64,000 nucleotides of DNA. Origin: a virus. Made by a program: the position numbers and the translations under genes. Shown here piece after piece: positions 51,879-61,557 of the stretch; position 1 is the stretch's first letter; every line of letters starts with the position of its first letter. The notes beneath the pieces were generated by a model. It did not search any database. It was given only the letters and a program-made list of their open reading frames with translations, and was not told where the DNA came from. The stretch spans positions 1 to 64,000 of IMG/VR virus record IMGVR_UViG_3300035458_000037, one strand, 5' to 3'.

Positions 51879-52850
51879 ATGTCTATTACAATTACCGTAG
51901 CTGGAAAAACACTCCTAACTTCAGGAGTGAGTATTGGGCATGAGATGGTAGTGACAGATGTTACTAATCCTACGTCTACGCCAGCCGGTGTATTACTGGC
52001 TGATGGAAGTCATAATCCGATCTTATATGAACAACTTCTTGTTACAGAAGTTGTAAGCGAAACAAGCTTAAAGTTTGATGCATATTCAAATGGCACTGCA
52101 TTGGGTCTTACTGATGCAAATTTGAATCTGGCATCTACCGAACATTTCACATTCAGTATTGTTCAGCATCTTAGCACTGATCAGCAAGTAGATCATCTCG
52201 TGGCCATCGCAAGCTCTTATGATTCTGAAAGAGTTTTGATGATCTGGCCTCCTGAGGCTGAATGGGATCAGAATGGAACAGTAGTCAATGGCTCGACTAT
52301 GGCGGCGATCTGTTCTGCCGCAATGTCTGTTTATCCAGCACAGCAAGGTTTCACCAATCTGTCGTTCTCCGGCCCTTACAATCTGCATTACTCCAATACA
52401 TACTTTACGCCTGCGCAACTTAATAGATTGAGTGCCGCAGGATTCTTTGTTTTGGTTCAAGATACTCCTGGTGCAGAAGTCTATTGCAGACATCAGAAAA
52501 CAACTTCTCAGTCTGCTGAGATTGCTAGACAGGAGTTCAGTATCACCAAGGGATCTGATAAGGTAGGTCTTGACTTATACAATACGGTTAAGCCATATAT
52601 TGGTAAATACAACATCACTCAGGATCTACTGACAGCTGTGAATGAAGTAATTGGTAATTACTTATTCAAAGCAAAAAGCACTAAAGCTCCATTCTGTGGT
52701 AGCCTAATTATTGATTATAGCAATCTATCGCTTCGTGCAAATCTCGATGGTGAGAATACAGATTTACCAAAAGATACAATCGAAATATCAGTAACGATTG
52801 AAATGGGTTACCCAGCTAATTACATCGACATTCTGTTATACGTGCAATAG
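51879..52850 (+). CDS. Tail sheath, C-terminal half
   Basis: QQGFTN, QLNRLSAAG, CRHQKTT, EFSITK, YPANYIDI. Confidence 0.7.
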   Translation: MSITITVAGKTLLTSGVSIGHEMVVTDVTNPTSTPAGVLLADGSHNPILYEQLLVTEVVSETSLKFDAYSNGTALGLTDANLNLASTEHFTFSIVQHLSTDQQVDHLVAIASSYDSERVLMIWPPEAEWDQNGTVVNGSTMAAICSAAMSVYPAQQGFTNLSFSGPYNLHYSNTYFTPAQLNRLSAAGFFVLVQDTPGAEVYCRHQKTTSQSAEIARQEFSITKGSDKVGLDLYNTVKPYIGKYNITQDLLTAVNEVIGNYLFKAKSTKAPFCGSLIIDYSNLSLRANLDGENTDLPKDTIEISVTIEMGYPANYIDILLYVQ

Positions 52851-52858
52851 GAGATATC

Positions 52859-53587
52859 ATGGCCGCAAATGGCGTTTCAATAAAAGACCTATTGGGCGTT
52901 GATAGTGGGGCGAATGACTGGCAGTGGAGAGAGAACTTCGTCCAGTTGGACGAGAACATGGCCACCCCTGGATTATTCATTGCCGCAGAGTCCACTTTGG
53001 TTGCTTTTGGTCCTGCAACAGCCACCTCAGCTTTCGACGTGGTGAAGGTGGGTTTATGCCCCAATATCGCAATCTCTCAGCAGATTCCGCAGCAACGACT
53101 TCCCGAGATCGGATCGATCCGGGTACATATCCTGAACGGGGTTCCTATTGGCGGTGGATCGATGTCGCGCTTGGTCTACAACGGCCCTAGCCTTATGCGC
53201 TACGCTTACGGCAACCTGTACGATGACAATGGCGCTCCAACTCCCTTGGCACTCGCAGGAATGGCTACTGGAGTAGGCCCCGCTCAGGACTTTACAACAA
53301 ATGCCTGGAAAAATCTGGTGAAGTCACCGGATAAAGTGATGCAAGGGCATGTGTTCACGGATCTATGGATTTCCTGCTGGGACTCCAGATTGAAAGCGCC
53401 ATTTGGCCTGTGCATGTATTTCCAGGATATTGCTGGTAATGCAGTAGGTGGTGTTTATGCTGAAGGCACCAAGATCAATTCTCATAACTTGACGCAATCT
53501 GCCGGTCAGTTGATTATGATGGAAGGTATCTCATTTGCGTTTGATAGGCTTGTTCCTATCCGTGGCGTTGGAAGGAGTCAATTATGA
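52859..53587 (+). CDS. Putative tail tube protein
   Basis: QRLPEIGS motif; follows the sheath. Confidence 0.65.
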   Translation: MAANGVSIKDLLGVDSGANDWQWRENFVQLDENMATPGLFIAAESTLVAFGPATATSAFDVVKVGLCPNIAISQQIPQQRLPEIGSIRVHILNGVPIGGGSMSRLVYNGPSLMRYAYGNLYDDNGAPTPLALAGMATGVGPAQDFTTNAWKNLVKSPDKVMQGHVFTDLWISCWDSRLKAPFGLCMYFQDIAGNAVGGVYAEGTKINSHNLTQSAGQLIMMEGISFAFDRLVPIRGVGRSQL

Positions 53588-53931
53588 GTATTGTTAAGAT
53601 TGCAGCAGCTAAGTGGCGAAAGTTAGCAAAAAGTCTTGTTAGTAAAAGTGGATATCTTAATGAAGGAGAAAAGAATTTTGCAAACAAAATGACTTCTCAT
53701 ATGCATAGTGATATAGGTAAAATACAAAATAGATTGGGAGTAGCTAAACATGATTTGTCTATAAACAATCCACATCACAATCATTTTTTTAACGCTAAGG
53801 ATTATAAGCATCCTTCTAATTTTAAAAAATATAATGATGATCAAAGCCTAACATTAAAAGAAGCTTTGAAACAAAAAGCTGAAGAAGCTCCAAGGTCAAC
53901 ATGGTTACCTGCTCCAAAGTTTAATTTGTAA
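53584..53931 (+). CDS. Basic protein with MSIVKIA N-terminal tag
   Basis: Same tag as the 27-kb cluster. Confidence 0.7.
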   Translation: MSIVKIAAAKWRKLAKSLVSKSGYLNEGEKNFANKMTSHMHSDIGKIQNRLGVAKHDLSINNPHHNHFFNAKDYKHPSNFKKYNDDQSLTLKEALKQKAEEAPRSTWLPAPKFNL

Positions 53932-53953
53932 TAATCAAAGTTGTAACTCAATC

Positions 53954-53978
53954 AAAACCTCCTTTTGGAGGTTTTTTT
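53954..53978 (+). terminator. Intrinsic terminator ending the tail operon
   Basis: AAAACCTCC-TTTT-GGAGGTTTTTTT. Confidence 0.85.
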
Positions 53979-53981
53979 ATT

Positions 53982-54009
53982 GCAATAATTTATAAATATA
54001 TGTTATAAT
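53982..54009 (+). promoter_or_regulatory. Conserved phage promoter
   Basis: (TT)GCAATA...TGTTATAAT. Confidence 0.8.
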
Positions 54010-54129
54010 ATATTTGGTAATAATTAAATTATCTAAACTCATAGGAGGAAGTATGAATACTTTTTAATAACTATTCTAGGTCTTAACACTCTACTTATGA
54101 AATGAAAGGAGGATGAGATACGCAAAGTA

Positions 54130-55492
54130 ATGATTAAATCACTAGGTTCCTTAATGTGGGATCTTGCAATAATATTAAGTGAAACTGAAATATATATTTA
54201 TAAAGTATCACAAGTAGATATAAAGCTAGCGATGGCAACGAAACGAGAAAATGAAGATTGGGTAGAATGCTGGTTAAGATATTTAGAGGCTCCAGATGAA
54301 CGAAGAGTGGATAGACAACGAGTATGCTTACACCGGTAAACGTAATGATGGTGCAAGAGTAGGGGGATTCTGGCTTAATGGAAAGTTAGAATGGTGGGCC
54401 TATCCTTCAAATTATTCAATGAAATTGAATAATGCGCTAGGCCCCTTTTCAACAATGAACGCAGCGAAGGATGCGTTAGATGGATGCGTGAGGATAAAAT
54501 GACGGATGCATTAAAGCGTTTATTGAAATTAGATTTATCTAATTTTCAAGAAGGTGATAGAATAGTATTTTGTCCAGATTGTGAATTTCAAGATAAAGTT
54601 AATAGACGTTCACTAGCTAATTGTAAATGTCATTGTCATCTGGAAACAATTAGAGTCACAGATATACTTATTGGTTATATAAAATCAACTAAAGTTAAAG
54701 ATATTTATGAACAGGCTCTTAGAAATATAGTATTGAATGATAATAGAGATTTCCAAAAAGCAGTAGCTGAAGATGCATTAATACTTGGAAGCGAGGTGAC
54801 TTATGATGTTTGATTTAAATCTTATTGGTTACGCAGACAATGATATAGTAATTGTTTGTTCAAATTGTAAAATGTTGCCAAAAGATTCTGGCATAACTCC
54901 AAAATGTCAATGTGTAACTAAAGCACAATTTGACAAAACTAGAGACTTATTTTATATGTATGAACAAGCATTGAAAGACATTCTTTATACCATGCAATAT
55001 TTAAAAAGAGAAGTAGAATCAAGTGGCGATAAATTCAATGGTAGTGAAGCTGTTATATTAAATAATAATCTAAATTTTATAAAAGGAATAGCTCAAGATA
55101 CGTTAAAAATTGTAGAATCATACAATGTTGTATAGAGTCGCCCTTCTACAAGATTTTGATAGAACTGCACACTTTTTAGATTTAGAAGGTCCAGAAAAAA
55201 TTACGTTTAATGATATCGCTAAATGGGAAAGGCATGTTAATGATCGATGCAGGCACATATCTTTTACGATAATGTCATGGAGTCCGATACATCAGGAGAA
55301 AATATGATACATGATATCAAGAAATATTCTACATTCAATAATGGAGAAGAAGATCTTGTAGCTGTTCCAGAAAAAGTATATCTTGATTTAAGAAAGAGTG
55401 AAGATATTCTACAAGCATTACAAGCATACGGAGTTGATAATTGGGATGGATACTCCCAAGCGATGTCAGAAATAGAAGATGAGGAGGAGTAA
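54130..55492 (+). other. Small hypothetical CDS (54130..54339, 54296..54502, 54499..54813, 54803..55135, 55125..55307, ~55304..55492)
   Basis: Coupled ORFs; 54499 and 54803 are paralogs. Confidence 0.6.
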
Positions 55493-55984
55493 TTGATAGT
55501 AGAAATAGCGCCAGACCTTAACATCACGATTGATGATGTAGATAAACGTATTGTAGAAAAACGTAAATGGTATTTACATTCAAATAAGAGAAGTATCATA
55601 GCCTGCTTTTGGGATGGTGATAGAAAAAGAACATTTACGTTAGGAAGATATATTTTATCTGAGTATGGACATATCTTTGATGAAAATGAACTGGTATGCT
55701 ATAAGGATCATGATTTTTTGAATAATAAAAAAAGTAATCTTGTTGTTAGAACTAAGTCCGAGAATAATAAGAACAGGAGACCCAAGATGATTAAAGGTAG
55801 TCTAACTAGAAGATCATTGCCTTATGGTGTATATCGTAATAAAAAAGGTAAAAAGTATAGTTCTGCTATTAGAATAAAAGGAAAATTGATTTGGTTAGGA
55901 TCTTTTGCATCTAAAAATAACGCAGAAAGAGCAACCAGTGAGGCAGTAGAACGATTTGGATACCAAAGGAAATCAAATGGATGA
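55493..55984 (+). CDS. HNH-AP2 homing-endonuclease-like protein with degenerate HNH
   Basis: NNKKSNL; YGVY...YSSAIRIKGKLIWLGSF AP2 domain. Confidence 0.7.
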   Translation: MIVEIAPDLNITIDDVDKRIVEKRKWYLHSNKRSIIACFWDGDRKRTFTLGRYILSEYGHIFDENELVCYKDHDFLNNKKSNLVVRTKSENNKNRRPKMIKGSLTRRSLPYGVYRNKKGKKYSSAIRIKGKLIWLGSFASKNNAERATSEAVERFGYQRKSNG

Positions 55985-56231
55985 TTTGTTATGTAAATGC
56001 ACTCAGCAAAGAGGACTCGAAAGATTTGCTACATCCAATAAATTTGATCTAAATGGAGGTAGGTATACATCATTCCAGGTTTTCAAGTGTTTATCATGCA
56101 ATAAGGCTACATTCTTCCCTACTGAAAATGGAGAACTTGCGTTGAAGGAAGGGACAGAACGTTGTTTGCGTGAACTAAAAGAATGCATAGAAATGAATGC
56201 CTATAAGGAATCGTCCTATATAGGTGTCTGA
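55977..56231 (+). CDS. Small Cys-containing hypothetical protein
   Basis: CKC...CLSC; AAGGA RBS. Confidence 0.55.
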   Translation: MDDLLCKCTQQRGLERFATSNKFDLNGGRYTSFQVFKCLSCNKATFFPTENGELALKEGTERCLRELKECIEMNAYKESSYIGV

Positions 56232-56258
56232 TCAAAACGAATTCACTATGGAGGAATT

Positions 56259-57539
56259 GTGAATCAAACTCAAAGACATCCATTAACGTGGGTGCCATCT
56301 CTATTCACTATTGAGGGAATGGGAGGCATCATACTTGGACTTGTAATTCCAACTATTTATAAGAGTTTGGGATTATCAAATACAAAGATAAGCTTTTGGC
56401 TTTCCTTAGCGGGAATGCTAATGCTTTGTCGGCCTTTGATTGTGCCATTCATCGAAATGACATGTTCAAAGAAGAATGTGGTTATCTTTTCGCAAGTATT
56501 TATGTCTTTGAGTTTTATTGCAGTTGGTTTTTCGCTAAAGACATCTAGTTTCTTTTTGGTATCATTATGCGTTGTGGCAGTTCTCACTTTACTTGTTCAA
56601 ATTCATGACCCCTGCGCAGACGGAACCTTCATTGAGGTTCTGGATGTAGCAGCACAAACCAAGTATGTGGGGTGGATGTCAGCCGGTTATCAGATTGGCA
56701 AAGTCATTTGTCAAGGCGGCATTGTTCTGGGTGCTGGTTATCTTATCGAGAATATGAAAATGGAAACCTCATCCGCTTGGATGGCTGCCATGATCATATC
56801 AGGTTTTATACTGCTAATCGTTGCTGCGTATCATGGAGTGGTAATACCTCCCACTCCTAGAAATGAAAATGCTAGGGTTGAGACTACAAAAGAATATTTC
56901 TCTAAGTTTTATGAAATCACAAAAGAATACTTCATGAAACCTGGTATTTGGTGGTGTATTCTTTTCTTTTTCTTCTATCGATTGGCTGAAGAACAAGCGA
57001 TGAATATCTTTGGGTTGTTCTTAATTGATTCACCTGCAAAAGGTGGATTGGGAATGACTATCAAAGAACTGGGTATGACTTATGGATTCTTCCCGCCAAT
57101 AGCTCTTTTCATTGGAGCTTTAGTAGCTGGTCCTGTAATGGAGAAGATGGGAGGGTTTAGAAAAGCAATTCCTCTTTTTGCGGTAATTTATAATATACCA
57201 CTTCTTCTTTATGGAATTGTTGCTTATACACTTCCAAATAATCCATACCTAATTACATTTATTTGTTGCTGCGAATATTTTGGATATGGATTTGGATGGA
57301 ATGGACTATTAGTGTGCAACCAACAGTATGCCGCTCCGGGAAGATTCAAAACTGCGCATCTGGCAATTGGGACTGCCATTGTCCATGGCGTCTCCAAATT
57401 GCCAGTTGGGTTATCTGGCTATATGTCTGACCTACTTGGATACAAACACTTCTTTGTTCATTACACATTAGCAATGATGATTCCTTCGATTATCATTGCC
57501 TTTGTAGTTTCAAAGAAATTGCGAGAAATAGAACGATAA
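56259..57539 (+). CDS. AmpG-like MFS permease
   Basis: About 12 TM; PLTWVPSLFTIEG and HDPCADG resemble AmpG-type motifs. Confidence 0.75.
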   Translation: MNQTQRHPLTWVPSLFTIEGMGGIILGLVIPTIYKSLGLSNTKISFWLSLAGMLMLCRPLIVPFIEMTCSKKNVVIFSQVFMSLSFIAVGFSLKTSSFFLVSLCVVAVLTLLVQIHDPCADGTFIEVLDVAAQTKYVGWMSAGYQIGKVICQGGIVLGAGYLIENMKMETSSAWMAAMIISGFILLIVAAYHGVVIPPTPRNENARVETTKEYFSKFYEITKEYFMKPGIWWCILFFFFYRLAEEQAMNIFGLFLIDSPAKGGLGMTIKELGMTYGFFPPIALFIGALVAGPVMEKMGGFRKAIPLFAVIYNIPLLLYGIVAYTLPNNPYLITFICCCEYFGYGFGWNGLLVCNQQYAAPGRFKTAHLAIGTAIVHGVSKLPVGLSGYMSDLLGYKHFFVHYTLAMMIPSIIIAFVVSKKLREIER

Positions 57540-57552
57540 CCAAGGAGAGTTT

Positions 57553-59121
57553 ATGAATCCAGTCTTTTATCTTCCGCTGATAACAATGTCCATTCTTGGT
57601 GTTTGGACTGCTTTGATCATTAAGATCAAACGTAAGCAACATCCTGATGCATTGTTTAAGTTATTTATGGTTGAAATTTGGGAGCGATTTTCGTATTATG
57701 GCATGAGAGCAATGTTGATTCTATTCCTTTCTGCTGCTGCTACAGGTGGACTCCGTGGCGGCCTGGGAATGAATAGATCAGAAGCAATTGGTATTTACGC
57801 AGCATTTGTATCTTTGGTTTATATTACACCTCTTTTAGGTGGGAAACTGTCAGATAAAATTCTAGGTATAAAGACAGCAGTTATACTTGGATCATCTATG
57901 ATGGCTATGGGTCAATTCTGTCTGGCTTTTAGTGGCGGGAATAGAATCTTGGTCTATCTTGGGTTAGCAATATTGACGGTTGGTAATGGATTTTTTAAAC
58001 CAAACATATCTGCGCTTATAGGTAAATTATATAAGCCGGGAGACGCTAGACGTGATGGAGCGTTTACTATCTTTTACATGGGTATTAATATAGGAGCGTG
58101 GGTAGCACCATTACTTTGTGGTGCTCTTCGTGATTCTATTGGATGGAGTCCGGCTTTTGCTACCGCTGGTCTTGGCATGATTCTAGGTTTGATAATCTTC
58201 ATTTGGACGATGCGAACAGAAAAAGAAATTGCGAACTTCGCAGCGGCACCTACACCAGTTACTATTATAAAAGAAACGAATACCGTTACTCGCACCAAAG
58301 CATTTATCATTATTATATGCGCAATTCCAATTACTTGTTTGTTAATTATTAAAAACGGCTTGATGGATTGGTTATTAGGTGGAACTATTATTAGTATGAT
58401 CTCTTATATGCTTTATCTTTCTATAAAAATGGAAAAAATAGCACGCGAAAGAGTTGTTGCTTTAATTTCTCTTTTTGGTTTTTGCGTTGTATTTTGGTCT
58501 CTTTTTGAATTAGCTGGATCAGCTATTAACATTTTTACAGAGAATAATGTAGAGAAATCTTTATTCGGAGTTAAACTAACTACGGAAAGCTTTCAAAGTT
58601 TCAATGCGGCATTTGTGGTTGCCCTTGCTCCATTGATGGATAAACTGTGGTCATGGATGGCCAAAATAGGAAAGATGGCTCAAGCTCCAATCCAGTTTGG
58701 GTCAGCTTTAATATTAGTTGGTCTTGGATTTGTTTTACTCAAATTTGGAGTTCCATTTGCATCCAAATTGGGTATGATGCCAGCAATGTTTTTGGCTGGC
58801 ATGTATCTTCTTCATACTGTTGGTGAGTTATCGATTTCACCAATTGGTTTATCACTGGTCACGAAACTTGCGCCGGCATCTATGGTTTCGTTCTTTATGG
58901 GATTCTGGTTTCTTGCTACAGCTTGTGCTGGTCAGGTTGGCAAATGGATCTCACGCGCTGCGATTCCTGATGTCGTTGGAGCAACACCACTTCAAACGTT
59001 ACATACATCAGTGCATACGTTTGTTATATGTGGAGTAATATCTATTGGATGTGGTTTGATTTTGTATACAATGAATCCAATTATTAAGCGTTGGATGCAT
59101 CAAGATCAAATCCAGAATTAA
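57553..59121 (+). CDS. POT/PTR proton-dependent oligopeptide transporter
   Basis: EIWERFSYYG, GNGFFKPNIS, FYMGINIG, GELSISPIGLS. Confidence 0.95.
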   Translation: MNPVFYLPLITMSILGVWTALIIKIKRKQHPDALFKLFMVEIWERFSYYGMRAMLILFLSAAATGGLRGGLGMNRSEAIGIYAAFVSLVYITPLLGGKLSDKILGIKTAVILGSSMMAMGQFCLAFSGGNRILVYLGLAILTVGNGFFKPNISALIGKLYKPGDARRDGAFTIFYMGINIGAWVAPLLCGALRDSIGWSPAFATAGLGMILGLIIFIWTMRTEKEIANFAAAPTPVTIIKETNTVTRTKAFIIIICAIPITCLLIIKNGLMDWLLGGTIISMISYMLYLSIKMEKIARERVVALISLFGFCVVFWSLFELAGSAINIFTENNVEKSLFGVKLTTESFQSFNAAFVVALAPLMDKLWSWMAKIGKMAQAPIQFGSALILVGLGFVLLKFGVPFASKLGMMPAMFLAGMYLLHTVGELSISPIGLSLVTKLAPASMVSFFMGFWFLATACAGQVGKWISRAAIPDVVGATPLQTLHTSVHTFVICGVISIGCGLILYTMNPIIKRWMHQDQIQN

Positions 59122-59127
59122 ATTAAT

Positions 59128-59152
59128 AGCCCCAGCAATGGGGCTTTCTTTT
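59128..59152. terminator. Terminator between convergent genes
   Basis: AGCCCC-AGCAAT-GGGGCT then TTCTTTT. Confidence 0.8.
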
Positions 59153-59157
59153 AGATA

Positions 59158-60006
59158 TTACAGTTTAAACGCAATCATCTGACCCGCAAATCTTGTATCC
59201 GGTGTTAATGGAATATACAAAAGAACATAATTCTTACTTGCGAATTGAATTCCACATCGATTCCTTAAGTCAATGCCAGTATTTGGATCGGTTATACGGA
59301 CATCAACGTCTGTGTTTAAATTGTGGTGAAAAGTTATTTCGTAATGGCCTGTGATAGGGTTGACCACCCAATCAGCCACTAGGAAATTGAGAGGGTCGCT
59401 CTTATGGCCAGGATGAACACCTTCGTAGGGGCGTCCGTCAGCCATTTCTGGAACCATAGAGGGGGCCGCGCTTAAACTGCCCGTGCCGAAGTCATTGAAC
59501 TGGGCTCCAGCGTATAAGCCACTATAATCCCACATACGATACTCGGGGCTCTTGATAATACCGAATGTCTTAGCCACGTTATATGCATACTTGAATTCGC
59601 GTTTCTTCTCTTCCACACGCCTGGACCATAATCCGGCAAGTCCAATATAATTTGGGCCTCTTCCCCATGGATTAGTAGAAACGCCATTGTCATTGAATGG
59701 CATATCATTTCTGTAATACAATACACCGGCAGATTCCAAAGCAAACATTGAAGCAGCGATTATCAACCAATCGAATGCTGGAAATTGTTCAATGGTTATA
59801 GCATTAAGCAATGGGGGTGTGCTATTCCAATCACTCAATGCCATTTCAATGTATAAACCTATTTCTTGATCGGTAGTTTCTTCTCTTCGCCATAGAGCAT
59901 TGAGCTTTGGTTGATCTCGTAAAAACATGCGCACTAAATTAGTTAAAACCCTTTTGTTCATGGGCATATTTGGTTTGACTTGACCCAAATTGCATTCCTG
60001 ATCCAT
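59158..60006 (-). CDS. Putative head-completion/connector protein
   Basis: VRMFLRD...LN, ALSDWNSTPP; downstream of the capsid gene. Confidence 0.55.
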   Translation of the reverse strand: MDQECNLGQVKPNMPMNKRVLTNLVRMFLRDQPKLNALWRREETTDQEIGLYIEMALSDWNSTPPLLNAITIEQFPAFDWLIIAASMFALESAGVLYYRNDMPFNDNGVSTNPWGRGPNYIGLAGLWSRRVEEKKREFKYAYNVAKTFGIIKSPEYRMWDYSGLYAGAQFNDFGTGSLSAAPSMVPEMADGRPYEGVHPGHKSDPLNFLVADWVVNPITGHYEITFHHNLNTDVDVRITDPNTGIDLRNRCGIQFASKNYVLLYIPLTPDTRFAGQMIAFKL

Positions 60007-60104
60007 GAGAAGCTCCAATCACTTTCTGAATTTTACCGCGTTCCCAGGTATAAACGCAGAAAAGGGCCACGCAAGCGCGGCCCTCTCCTGCGTACCAGCA
60101 CCCT

Positions 60105-60572
60105 TTAAGCGGACTCTGGGGTTTGTGCCGGGGCTGGAGCTGGGCTCGTGGGAGCAGCAGTCTTGGCAGCCGTCTTTTGTGGAGTAGGGGCTGGGACAGG
60201 CTTGACGGCAGGAGCCACAACTGGAGCTGGCTCCTGGGGCAGATAATTCGTCGGAACCCCATCAATTACAAGGGGTTCCGACTTCGCAAAGTCAATTGTC
60301 GGTGCAGGAACTTGAATGGGCTCGCCATTCTTATCCACGGGAGGATTCAAAGACAAGTAACTTTCGTTGAAAAGTTCCAGGGAGGGTTTGAACTTATATG
60401 CATCTGCTTCGTCTTTTGTATTAAACACTTTGACGAGGCCACGGGCTTCCATCTCTTTGTAGAGTTCTGGATAATCAGTTCGTCCAACTTTCCCTTCCGG
60501 CAAAACAAAATCAGCGGAAGTGATGGTTCCGAAAAGTGATTTTACATACGACACGGTAACTCCCATTTTCAA
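60105..60572 (-). CDS. Hypothetical protein with Pro/Ala-rich tail
   Basis: 155-aa ORF in the head operon. Confidence 0.65.
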   Translation of the reverse strand: MKMGVTVSYVKSLFGTITSADFVLPEGKVGRTDYPELYKEMEARGLVKVFNTKDEADAYKFKPSLELFNESYLSLNPPVDKNGEPIQVPAPTIDFAKSEPLVIDGVPTNYLPQEPAPVVAPAVKPVPAPTPQKTAAKTAAPTSPAPAPAQTPESA

Positions 60573-60583
60573 CTAATTATTGA

Positions 60584-61513
60584 TTAGGTCAAACTGGCGA
60601 TGCCAGTGATCTTGGAAACAGAGGAAACGTTGCCGACTTCGATACCCTGATTGGTCCAGGAATACCACTCCAGCATATTACCCTTGCGATCCATTTCCTG
60701 TTGGACATCGCGCAACATAAAGTTGCTGCCCAAGAATTCAGGAGCCGCCACGCAATAGATATAATCATCAGGCCACACACTGGTAATGGAACTATTCACA
60801 GCGTTAATGGAAGTGATGACTTCGTAGCCCAGGAATGTCTTCTCAGGAGCCACGCCATTGAACGCAATGCGATCAACGGAGTTGTAGCCAATCTTATCGG
60901 GTTCAAGCTTTGCCAGATTGAGCCAGGTGCTCTCAGTCATAATCAAACGAGCAGCTCGACGCCTGCGGCCCAGGACGGCCCGGACACCAGCGATAACCGC
61001 ATCTTTGAACACACCTTTGACCGTACCAGCACCAGCCGGAATCACGTTGGTAGAGGTCTGCGCGGCGGCAGCAGCATCCAAACGCAGTTTGAACATGCCG
61101 TCCACCTGTTCCTGGAGATCGAAAACGAAGTTGTTATTAACAACATCGATCAAAGGAAAACGCATAGTCATCAACTCTTCCTGAGTCTTCTTATAATGCT
61201 CAGTTTCGAGTTTGGCAAACCAAACTTCATACTTACGGCCTTCAACAAACTGCGCAGAACCACGCCCACGGAAACCAAGTGTGAAAGCCTTCGAATCAGG
61301 TTCCAACCAAACGCGCTTCAGGGGGAAGTCGTTCTGAGTATTCGTATCAATCTGGGCTTCGGTAAGAACAATTGGTGCAATACAACGATTTGCTACGCAA
61401 GTTTCACGGATACGATCTCGAAGATAATCTTCGGTCAATCCCGCGACTTTTTCCATTCCGTCGCTGGAACCAGTGAACACATCCCATAGCTGGGAAGCAA
61501 GAATTTCTGACAT
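60584..61513 (-). CDS. Putative major capsid protein
   Basis: 309 aa; strongly biased codons; AAGGAG RBS; follows scaffold- and decoration-like genes. Confidence 0.7.
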   Translation of the reverse strand: MSEILASQLWDVFTGSSDGMEKVAGLTEDYLRDRIRETCVANRCIAPIVLTEAQIDTNTQNDFPLKRVWLEPDSKAFTLGFRGRGSAQFVEGRKYEVWFAKLETEHYKKTQEELMTMRFPLIDVVNNNFVFDLQEQVDGMFKLRLDAAAAAQTSTNVIPAGAGTVKGVFKDAVIAGVRAVLGRRRRAARLIMTESTWLNLAKLEPDKIGYNSVDRIAFNGVAPEKTFLGYEVITSINAVNSSITSVWPDDYIYCVAAPEFLGSNFMLRDVQQEMDRKGNMLEWYSWTNQGIEVGNVSSVSKITGIASLT

Positions 61514-61557
61514 ATAATCTCCTTGAGCTGTTTAGCTAATTAAGAATTGGCGACCTA

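Noticed and set aside
56259-59121. Host chromosomal DNA or a prophage boundary at the transporters
   Set aside because: Phage genes lie on both sides, composition is similar, there is no integrase or att-like repeat, and a terminator is shared with the head operon.
60701-61489. 262-aa + strand ORF antisense to the capsid gene, and similar shadow ORFs such as 47991..48539 and 61576..61986
   Set aside because: Explained by the codon bias of the real gene on the other strand; no RBS or recognisable motifs.
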